Assembly: GCA_011620275.1 (NCBI GenBank)
Contig: WOZK01000031.1
Span: forward strand, 23,479-87,478
Direction: 5' to 3'
Origin: Candidatus Omnitrophota bacterium
Lineage (GTDB): Bacteria > Omnitrophota > Gorgyraeia > Gygaellales > Profunditerraquicolaceae
DNA length: 64,000 nt
Shown piece after piece: positions 57,254 through 64,000 of the stretch; the first letter of the stretch is position 1; every line of letters begins with the position of its first letter. The notes under the pieces were generated by a model. The model was not told where the DNA came from. It made no database searches and worked only from the letters and a program-made list of their open reading frames with translations. The position numbers and the translations under genes are program-made.

Positions 57254-58530
57254 TTTCCCAGCATTCTTTTATTGCGCAGAAGGCGATGATAAGAAACCGC
57301 AAACCTGTGCGCTTCGTCTCGGATCCTGCGCAGTAGATTAAGACCGGCGCTTTCCCCGGAAAAGACCATTTCCCTTCCGTCGGCGAAACATACCTTCTCC
57401 ATACTCCTTGCGGGATGTCCTCTGCGGGCGGCGCCCCGTTCCGGTTTCGCTATACCTATCAGCGGGATACCGAAGACCCCGGCCTCGGACAGCCCGGAAA
57501 GAGCGGAGGAAACCTGGCCTTTGCCTCCGTCTATGATTATCAGGTCGGGCAGCGGCAGTCCCTCCCTGAGCAGCCGGGAATAACGACGGAAAACTACTTC
57601 TTTCATCATGGCGAAATCGTTCATCCCCTGTTCCTGCCTTATGCGGAAACGGCGATAATTATGCTTGTCCGGACTGCCGCCGCCGAAAGAAACAAGAGAA
57701 CCGCACGATTCCCTTCCCTGAATGCAGGAGATGTCGAAAGCCTCTATGCGTTCCGGGACGTTCTTCAGGCGCAGCCTGCGCTTCAGATCATCCAATTCCC
57801 TGCGGCTGCCTCCGGCCCTCATCGCGGACAAGGCGGAGATCTGATCCCGCAGCCCGGCAGCCGCCTCAAAATCCTTTTCGCCGGCGGCCTGTTCCATTCT
57901 GGCCGACAGGTCGGCGATGAGGATCTCATAACTCCCTTCCAGGAAGAGCTTGACGCGCCTGATGACGGCGGCGTAAGCCTCCGGAGAGATGCGGCCTACG
58001 CAGGGAGCGGGGCAAAGTCCGAGCCTGGAATAAAGACAGGGCCCTTTCGGCAATTTTGCACAAGAACGGAACCCGAAAAGCCTGCGCACGATCTTCAAAG
58101 CGGACCTGGCGGAAGCCGCGTCGGTATAAGGCCCGTAATACCCCGCCCCGGCTTCCGGTTCCCCCCGCCTGCGCACCAGCATTACGACGGGAAAATCGCC
58201 GCCGCCGATACTTATGAACGGGAATGTTTTGTCGTCTTTCCTGGATACGTTATAATGCGGCTGTTTTTCTTTTATAATTGAGGCTTCCAGCAGATCGGCT
58301 TCCCGTTCGCTGCCGGTGGTAATGAAATCTATCCGCTCTGTTTTTCCCACCAAAGCGGCTGTCCTGGCCGGATGCGGACCGGAAAAGTAGGAAGAGACCC
58401 TTTTCCTTAAGGACTTCGCTTTCCCGACGTAAAGAAGCGTTCCACCCGCGTTTTTAAAAAAATACACCCCGGGACCATCCGGTAATGCCGCGGCCCTGTT
58501 TCGTAAAATCAGGTTTTTTTCTTCATCCAT
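57250..58530 (-). CDS. uvrC: Excinuclease ABC subunit C (short form without the C-terminal HhH2 domain)
   Basis: The start was set to the ATG at 58530 (MDEEKNLILRNRAAALPDGPGVYFF). The GIY-YIG motif is VYFFKN...LYVGKAKSLRKRVSSYF. The UVR motif is EAAAGLRDQISAL. The RNaseH-like motifs are FDISCIQG...IIIDGGKGQ. Confidence 0.75.
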   Translation of the reverse strand: MDEEKNLILRNRAAALPDGPGVYFFKNAGGTLLYVGKAKSLRKRVSSYFSGPHPARTAALVGKTERIDFITTGSEREADLLEASIIKEKQPHYNVSRKDDKTFPFISIGGGDFPVVMLVRRRGEPEAGAGYYGPYTDAASARSALKIVRRLFGFRSCAKLPKGPCLYSRLGLCPAPCVGRISPEAYAAVIRRVKLFLEGSYEILIADLSARMEQAAGEKDFEAAAGLRDQISALSAMRAGGSRRELDDLKRRLRLKNVPERIEAFDISCIQGRESCGSLVSFGGGSPDKHNYRRFRIRQEQGMNDFAMMKEVVFRRYSRLLREGLPLPDLIIIDGGKGQVSSALSGLSEAGVFGIPLIGIAKPERGAARRGHPARSMEKVCFADGREMVFSGESAGLNLLRRIRDEAHRFAVSYHRLLRNKRMLGK

Positions 58531-60056
58531 CCCAGCAACTCTCCAGGCTCCGGACATTTCAACATCTTGCACACGGCGAGATATACGGCGCAGCAGCAGA
58601 CAAAGTACACGGCCAGCCATGCCGCGTGAAAAAAGAAACCGCCGTCCCGGTAGTGGCCGGGCAGTCTCGACGAAATAAAAAAACAGGCGTATCCGGCGGT
58701 AGCGCCGGCGACGAGTATCTTCGCCAGAGAGACCGCTATCGCCCTAAGATCAAGCCCCCCGGTCTTTTTGTCGAGTATCCGGATAAGCATAAGGAAAGAA
58801 ACGATTCCCGACACGGAACTTGCCAGGGCCAGTCCCTTTATTTTTAAAGGAAACATCAATAAAGCGTTAAGTATGACGTTGACCGTCAGGGCCGCCGCGG
58901 ATACCTTCACCGGAGAGGCGGTATCATGCATGGCGAAAAAGCAGGAATTCAGCACTTTACTGCCGGCATAAGCGAATAGTCCTATACTGTAACAAGAGAG
59001 CGCATCCGCCGTGACGGACGAAGCGTAGGCGTCGAACCTGCCCCCGCTAAAAATCCCTTCTATGAGCCGGCCGGAAAGGGAAATAAAAAATGCCGATGCC
59101 GGTACCATCAGAAAGAACACCTGACGCAGACTGGTCACAAGAGTGGCCTTGAGATCGCCGGTCCTGTCAGCGTCTGCGGCCTGTGCGGACATCAGCGGCA
59201 AGGCCGCCTGCGCCACGGCGTTGCCGAATATCCCCACAGGAAATTGCACCAGCCTGTAGGCGAAATAAAGCACGGCCACTCCGCCTTCTCCCACGGCGAA
59301 AGCCAGCGAGCCGAAAACCGAATCGACGAAATTATTGAGTTGATAAATACACGTGCCGAATAATCGCGGCACGAGAAGCCGGACGACCTCGGCTGCGCCA
59401 GGATGGCTGAATTTAGTCAAGAACCCCTTTACGCGGAATCCGTAGGCGTAGACCACCGGAATCTGCACCGCCAACTGCAGAACCCCGCCTATCAGGATGC
59501 CGGAGGCCAGGCCGGTTATCCCTTCCCCGAAGAAAAGGGCGCAGACGATAATTGAAATATTCAACAGGCACGGCGCGAATGCCGGGGCCTTAAAATGGCC
59601 CAAAGAATTCAGCATGGCCATGGTATATGCCGCCAGGCTTATCAGCAGCAGATAAGGAAAAACCAGCCTGTTAAGCAGCACGGTCGTCTGGAACTTGACG
59701 GGGTCTGCGGTGAATCCCGGAGCGAAAACCCTGATTATGAAGGGAGAAAAGACCACTCCGGCCAGGACTATCGCCGCAAGCACGACCAGAAGGACGTTAA
59801 GCAGAACATTGGCCAGTTCCCAGAACTCGGTCCTGTCGCGCCTGAGGGCGTAGCGGCTGAACACCGGCACAAAAGCCGAATTCACCGCGCCTTCTCCGAC
59901 TATATCACGGAAGAGATTCGGGATGCGAAAGGCCACGACGAAAGCCTGGGCGTAAACGTATACGCCGAACATACGGGCTATGACTATGTCCCGGCAGAAG
60001 CCGAGAATGCGGGAACACAGGGTCGCCGCACCGATCAACCCGGCGGAACGCATCAT
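58509..60056 (-). CDS. murJ: Lipid II flippase MurJ
   Basis: The start is at the ATGATG at 60056, preceded by a GCAGGGGG SD sequence. The N-terminus is MMRSAGLIGAATLCSRILGFCRD. It has a 14-TM MviN architecture. Confidence 0.8.
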   Translation of the reverse strand: MMRSAGLIGAATLCSRILGFCRDIVIARMFGVYVYAQAFVVAFRIPNLFRDIVGEGAVNSAFVPVFSRYALRRDRTEFWELANVLLNVLLVVLAAIVLAGVVFSPFIIRVFAPGFTADPVKFQTTVLLNRLVFPYLLLISLAAYTMAMLNSLGHFKAPAFAPCLLNISIIVCALFFGEGITGLASGILIGGVLQLAVQIPVVYAYGFRVKGFLTKFSHPGAAEVVRLLVPRLFGTCIYQLNNFVDSVFGSLAFAVGEGGVAVLYFAYRLVQFPVGIFGNAVAQAALPLMSAQAADADRTGDLKATLVTSLRQVFFLMVPASAFFISLSGRLIEGIFSGGRFDAYASSVTADALSCYSIGLFAYAGSKVLNSCFFAMHDTASPVKVSAAALTVNVILNALLMFPLKIKGLALASSVSGIVSFLMLIRILDKKTGGLDLRAIAVSLAKILVAGATAGYACFFISSRLPGHYRDGGFFFHAAWLAVYFVCCCAVYLAVCKMLKCPEPGELLGWMKKKT

Positions 60057-60416
60057 CCCCCTGCATTGGTTATTATGTAACTCTCTTGTCACCAGCATTC
60101 CTTCACACGCAAATAAAATATTTGATTAATTACTGACGCCGTTGTATAATTGGACTTCTGGTCAATCCGCCGTCTAACCGTCTGATGACCAGACTTTTAC
60201 GTATATAATAAACAGTACTTTGTTAAAAAACGGCTCAATTTAATGGTTTTATCGTCGAGAAGTTACGTTGAACTAACATGAAATCAAAGATAATCAACGC
60301 ATTGAAATACGCGCAACGTTTCCAATGACAATGTATTACAATAAGATGGCTTTTGGAAAGTAAGCACAAAGAAATAAATTTTAACAAGGTACTGATAAAT
60401 TCACAAGGAGAAAGTT

Positions 60417-60680
60417 ATGCCAAGAAGACGCAGTTCCATATTAATGAACAAATTAAGCAAGAAAAGACACCTGCGTAATTTCAAGATCAAGAAAGAACTC
60501 AAGAAAAAGATCAAGGAATTACAGGTGCTTGTCGCGTCCAAAAACACCCAGGAAGCGCAAAAAGCCCTTAAAGAGGTTTTTTCCAAACTGGACAAGGCCG
60601 CCAAGAAAAGGATTATTCACCCTGCCACGGCCGACCGCCGCAAATCTCGTCTAAACAAAAAAGTAATGAAGACAACCTGA
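60417..60680 (+). CDS. rpsT: 30S ribosomal protein S20
   Basis: It is 87 aa and basic. The segment KKRIIHPATADRRKSRLNKKV matches the S20 C-terminus. A GGAGAAAG SD sequence precedes the ATG. Confidence 0.8.
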   Translation: MPRRRSSILMNKLSKKRHLRNFKIKKELKKKIKELQVLVASKNTQEAQKALKEVFSKLDKAAKKRIIHPATADRRKSRLNKKVMKTT

Positions 60681-60695
60681 AGCGCGTCTCTATAG

Positions 60696-61409
60696 TCAAT
60701 ACCTGGAAGCCGCCGGTGAGTTCTTACCGGCGGTTTCTTTATCCGGATCCGGCGGCAAGGGCTCTTGCCGGGCGAGAGCCGCAATAAGACGCTCCAGGGC
60801 AAAAAGCGGTTTCAGCCGGCCGGTCTTTATCTGCAGATCGCAGCGCAATATCTCTTTGAAAGCCGCCGCCGAACGTTCCTTTTCCCATTTAGCGCAGGAA
60901 TAACGCAGTCCTCCGAGAATGCGTTCCGGTTTCTCGCCGGCTTCTATAAGGCTGTGCAAGACCCTAAGCGCGTCTGCCGCCCTTCTGGAGCGCAACTGCC
61001 CGGCAAGAACAAAGGCGTCAGCATACGAAGTTTCCCCGAAGCGGACGAGGCGGCCGGCCCTGCATAAAGATGACTGAAAAGGGTCTTTGGGATCGAGCCG
61101 TTCGAAATCCACTACAAGCAATATAGATTTGTTGGCGGCCGCGGCGTAAGCCGAGATGAATTTCTTCGCGGCCGACGACAATGTGCCGGCGTTCTTCAGG
61201 ACTATCATCCGCCGGGAAGCGCTCACCGGAATGCTCAAAATCCTTTCCTGCAAAGAACGCAGGTCCATATCGTTGCCGTAGAAAACGTCGAAGTTGAATT
61301 CCCGGGTATCGGAAGGCAGGAAGGTCTCTTTAAGCTGGTTCAAACGGAGGTTTTTTGCCGCGGAATCTTCGCCGGCAAAAACATAGACAAGGATATCGCC
61401 GGCTACCAT
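60696..61409 (-). CDS. holA: DNA polymerase III delta subunit (compact form)
   Basis: The N-terminus is LVYVFAGEDSAAKN. Domain I/II conservation and the C-terminal DLQIKTGRLKPLFALERLI are present. The lptE-holA//rpsT synteny matches that of many Gram-negative bacteria. Confidence 0.65.
   Translation of the reverse strand: MVAGDILVYVFAGEDSAAKNLRLNQLKETFLPSDTREFNFDVFYGNDMDLRSLQERILSIPVSASRRMIVLKNAGTLSSAAKKFISAYAAAANKSILLVVDFERLDPKDPFQSSLCRAGRLVRFGETSYADAFVLAGQLRSRRAADALRVLHSLIEAGEKPERILGGLRYSCAKWEKERSAAAFKEILRCDLQIKTGRLKPLFALERLIAALARQEPLPPDPDKETAGKNSPAASRY
60710..60740 (+). terminator. Rho-independent terminator of rpsT
   Basis: It has a CCGCCGGT gagttctt ACCGGCGG stem-loop followed by TTTCTTT. 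It overlaps the 3' end of the convergent holA. Confidence 0.6.
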
Positions 61410-61957
61410 TGTTCAACAGTGCGCTCCACTATTCTGCGGGCGAGATCAAGCAGCGCGTCGTTGACGGCGGCATCCTCCGACTTAGCGGCAGCCCCCTTGA
61501 CGAAATAAGTGGTGTCTCCGGTGAAATTTCTCTCTTCCCAGAGCGATTTGTCTGCGCCGGGTTCCCACAGGCTTATGTTCACCAGCAGGTTCATCCGGTA
61601 CTCGTCCACTTCGTTATCTGTGTTGTAACGCAGGGGATCCCTGCGGAATTCCACCAGTTCGCCTTTCAGTATCAGATCCGCATTCTCTATGCCGACCGGC
61701 TTAAGATTACCGTCCATAAGGAAACGGCGCGTAAGAATACGGGTAATATCGCTCTCCAGCATCGGACGGTAGACTTTATAACCCTGTCTGGAGTCGGACT
61801 CGCCGGTAATGTCGACTTTATTGACGAAAGGAGCGATATAAACCGTTTTGTAACTGCCGGTTATCATCGAGCGGGTGGTATAGCCGCAGGAGGAAAGCAG
61901 GAAACCTGCCGCAGCCGAAATAACGGCTGGTATGAACAAAAACCGAAGACGCTTCAT
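61403..61957 (-). CDS. lptE: LPS-assembly lipoprotein LptE-like
   Basis: The start is at the ATG at 61957, preceded by a GAGAGGAAGAAG SD sequence. The lipobox is MKRLRFLFIPAVISAAAGFLLSSCG. Its position upstream of holA is as in E. coli lptE-holA. Confidence 0.55.
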   Translation of the reverse strand: MKRLRFLFIPAVISAAAGFLLSSCGYTTRSMITGSYKTVYIAPFVNKVDITGESDSRQGYKVYRPMLESDITRILTRRFLMDGNLKPVGIENADLILKGELVEFRRDPLRYNTDNEVDEYRMNLLVNISLWEPGADKSLWEERNFTGDTTYFVKGAAAKSEDAAVNDALLDLARRIVERTVEQW

Positions 61958-62934
61958 TTCTTCTTCCTCTCGAGAATCTGTAGTCTTTCCAGCGATTTCG
62001 CAGCCCACATGGTGCCCGGATAATTTTTTACCACGTCTTCGTAATATATCCTGGCCGACTCATAAATCCTTTGTTTCTCGTAAAACCTGCCGGAATTGAA
62101 GATGCTGCATGCTTCCTTGTCCTTCAACGCGTCTATGTTCTTCTGCGCATCTGGCGAAAGAACGGCGTCCGGATGGGTGTTGACGAAAGCCTGAAACCTC
62201 TCCTTTGCCTCTTTTGTCGCGCCCTGGTCGTAATCCGGCCCCTGGGAAACGGCGGCGCGGCAGGCGGCTATCTGAAACTGAGCCGCAGGCACCCATTCGC
62301 TGTCCGGATAGGTCTTGATGAGCTTGAAAAAGGCTTCTTCCGCCTCATAGTAACGCGAAAGGCCCTTCAGCACTATGCCCAGCTTGTACTGAGCCTTGTC
62401 CGCCAGCGGTCCGTAATTGGAATTCTCCACCACCTTGGAGAATATCTCCACCCCCGGATTCTCCGGAGCGAATACCGCCGATACGCCTTTTCTCTTGCCG
62501 GAAACAAACTCTTCTCCTATACCGTACTGTCTTTCGATAGCCTCCTGGATTTTGTCGGAGAAAGGGTACTTATCTATCAACAGTTGGTAAGCCTTAAAAG
62601 CCTCGTAAGGCTTGCCGGCGGCTTCGTTTATTCTCCCAAGATAATACTGGCTGACAGCTGCTTCCGCCGACTTAGGGTAAGCCTTGATCAATTTCCGGAA
62701 TTCTTTCCCGGCTTCCTCGTAATGCTTGCCTTCGAACAGGAAGATCGCCGCCTCGGCCTGTTCTTTCGGGGTGGGTTTCACGGCGGTCTTGGGATTGACC
62801 CATTTCCCGCTTTTAGGAGTCCATATCCAATAGGCGAACGCGGACTGATCCGTCAGCAGAATGAGAGAGAAGATAACAAGGAATACCCTGGTAAACATAG
62901 TGTTTACGGTAGCACAACCGCTATCTTTTGTCAA
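61954..62934 (-). CDS. TPR-repeat outer-membrane assembly lipoprotein-like protein (BamD/YfiO-like)
   Basis: It has a signal peptide and several TPR units, for example YEEAGKEFRKLIKAYPKSAEAAVSQYYLG. Its stop overlaps the lptE start as ATGA. Confidence 0.5.
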   Translation of the reverse strand: MTKDSGCATVNTMFTRVFLVIFSLILLTDQSAFAYWIWTPKSGKWVNPKTAVKPTPKEQAEAAIFLFEGKHYEEAGKEFRKLIKAYPKSAEAAVSQYYLGRINEAAGKPYEAFKAYQLLIDKYPFSDKIQEAIERQYGIGEEFVSGKRKGVSAVFAPENPGVEIFSKVVENSNYGPLADKAQYKLGIVLKGLSRYYEAEEAFFKLIKTYPDSEWVPAAQFQIAACRAAVSQGPDYDQGATKEAKERFQAFVNTHPDAVLSPDAQKNIDALKDKEACSIFNSGRFYEKQRIYESARIYYEDVVKNYPGTMWAAKSLERLQILERKKK

Positions 62935-62987
62935 CTGTGTCTTGACGGTGGGACTTAACGATGGGTGTGCAATGGGAAAAATTTTCT

Positions 62988-63899
62988 CTACCAGAACACC
63001 GGCCTCGTATCCTGTCTTAATTTATCCACGGCCAGGGAAAAATCCTCAGCCGTGCCGTAGAGTATAATACGGCAGGAGAGGACCGTAAAGCGGCCCGGTC
63101 CAAGTGGAATCGTTTCTCCGGCATTGGCGATAATGCCGATGTTCCCCGGTTCCGTTCTGTATTCATCCGATCTATGCAAGTTGGTCAATAACCCGGAATC
63201 GTAGATCATTATCATCCCGGGTAGGCCGGCATCGGGCGCTATCCCGAAATACATACTCCCCCGCAAACCTGGTTCTCCGGTAAATATCCCTCTTGCCGGA
63301 AATTTTTGTTCATAGAGACCTTCTATCCCGTGTAGCAACAGAGATAATTCGTGTGTCTCGTAGTGCCGCCCCAGCAAAGACGCAATGAAAAGGATGCGGG
63401 AAGGCGTTTTCTTATTAAGAGACAAAGAGGGGCTGTTCGCTGCGGATTCGTATTCAAAGAAGCGCCGCTTGAGCCCGCCGAGAACGATATCACGGGAATA
63501 GCGGATGTTACGGGAGTTGCCCCCGCAGCTCCAAGCGGGACCGTCCGCTCTTCTCAAGAACCGGACAAGGGGTGACTGTAACTGCAGACATAACTGATCC
63601 CTGGTATCTATCTCCAATTTTAAATCGAGCATATCTCCTTCCAGGCGGATCGTCCAAACCTGTTCAACATGGCCGCCTTCGTCATTACCGTCCTCACACC
63701 TTTTTGAGACTATCAGTTCTCCCTTTTTTGTCTCTACGCAGAAGTTTAGGGCGATGAAGCCCGGCGTATTATAGTCTTCCATGTCCGTGAACGATAAAAG
63801 TTCGCGGCCTTTCCAGAAAACGGTATTCCTGCCTCCGGAAGAAACGACCTTTATTCTTTGATTCATGATTTGCCCTTTGCTGAGCGGCCGCCGGATCAA
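62988..63899 (-). CDS. Hypothetical protein (reading frame open to the right window edge; the true start is unknown)
   Basis: The ORF-track start is a TTG. The frame continues without a stop to position 64000. An internal ATG gives MNQRIKVVSSGG. No domain was recognised. Confidence 0.35.
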   Translation of the reverse strand: MIRRPLSKGQIMNQRIKVVSSGGRNTVFWKGRELLSFTDMEDYNTPGFIALNFCVETKKGELIVSKRCEDGNDEGGHVEQVWTIRLEGDMLDLKLEIDTRDQLCLQLQSPLVRFLRRADGPAWSCGGNSRNIRYSRDIVLGGLKRRFFEYESAANSPSLSLNKKTPSRILFIASLLGRHYETHELSLLLHGIEGLYEQKFPARGIFTGEPGLRGSMYFGIAPDAGLPGMIMIYDSGLLTNLHRSDEYRTEPGNIGIIANAGETIPLGPGRFTVLSCRIILYGTAEDFSLAVDKLRQDTRPVFW

Positions 63900-64000
63900 G
63901 GAATTTATCTCTTGTCTGCTGAAGGCACAGATATCCCTGCCGGTTTTAGCGATGAACGCCTTCCGAGCCTCCCGGCTGATCCAGAAGTCAATCTTATCCT

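Noticed and set aside
60140-60165. TTGTATAAT as an extended -10 promoter driving an sRNA upstream of rpsT
   Set aside because: The TG is directly adjacent to TATAAT (there is no spacer nucleotide), and the region is so AT-rich that TATAAT-like hexamers occur by chance. It is kept only as part of the general observation about the AT-rich region.
1-64000. CRISPR arrays, toxin-antitoxin pairs, restriction-modification or other recognisable defense systems
   Set aside because: No regularly spaced direct repeats were found, and no nuclease, helicase or methyltransferase gene clusters. The only mobile DNA is the degraded IS1182 element.

Overview
A 64 kb chromosomal segment of high-GC DNA (roughly 55-60% GC by eye) from an anaerobic, diderm (Gram-negative-type) bacterium; the phylum cannot be assigned from sequence alone. 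Genes are densely packed, and almost all of them from 11.1 kb to 60.1 kb lie on the minus strand.

In window order, the main content is:
- 1-6.1 kb: a sugar-uptake and glycoside-hydrolase operon (substrate-binding protein, two ABC permeases, a GH2-like hydrolase, and a partial secreted protein at the left edge).
- 6.2-8.3 kb: two paralogous single-domain PilZ genes on either side of an internally deleted IS1182-family element that still has 28-bp terminal inverted repeats.
- 8.6-11.1 kb: an FtsH-like protease with an unusually short periplasmic loop, followed by a translationally coupled lipoprotein.
- 11.1-16.5 kb: purN and a complete rnfCDGEAB operon.
- 17.8 kb: tRNA-Thr(CGU).
- 18-22.8 kb: a housekeeping run of gatB/yqeY-like, pfkB-kinase, uppP, rluA-family, nadA and mnmA.
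- 23.9-28.4 kb: birA and an Rrf2-controlled sulfur module (cysteine synthase, Nfu-like protein, COG1900/DUF39 and a NIL-ferredoxin).
- 28.4-33.4 kb: an oxygen-detoxification cluster (trxB, glutaredoxin-like, PNPOx-like FMN protein, rubredoxin, flavodiiron protein, TPR protein, superoxide reductase). The 53-aa rubredoxin is too short to appear in the ORF track.
- 33.8-39.4 kb: ldh, sufC with sufB/D, and a P-type ATPase.
- 39.5-43.8 kb: a compact cluster of radical SAM, secreted, PP-loop ATPase and TrpB2-like genes.
- 44-51.8 kb: envelope and biotin genes (CsgG-like lipoprotein, HAD hydrolase, bioY, LpxL-family acyltransferase, PIG-L deacetylase, lnt).
- 51.7-64 kb: secA, prfB with the canonical CTT TGA C +1 programmed frameshift, pilT, an MGMT domain protein, uvrC, murJ, rpsT, holA, lptE and a BamD-like protein.

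The most unusual sequence-level signal is a family of related 20-30 nt intergenic motifs with a CCCCGGG(T)TT core, found in the upstream regions of four separate minus-strand transcription units. No CRISPR array or obvious defense system was found.
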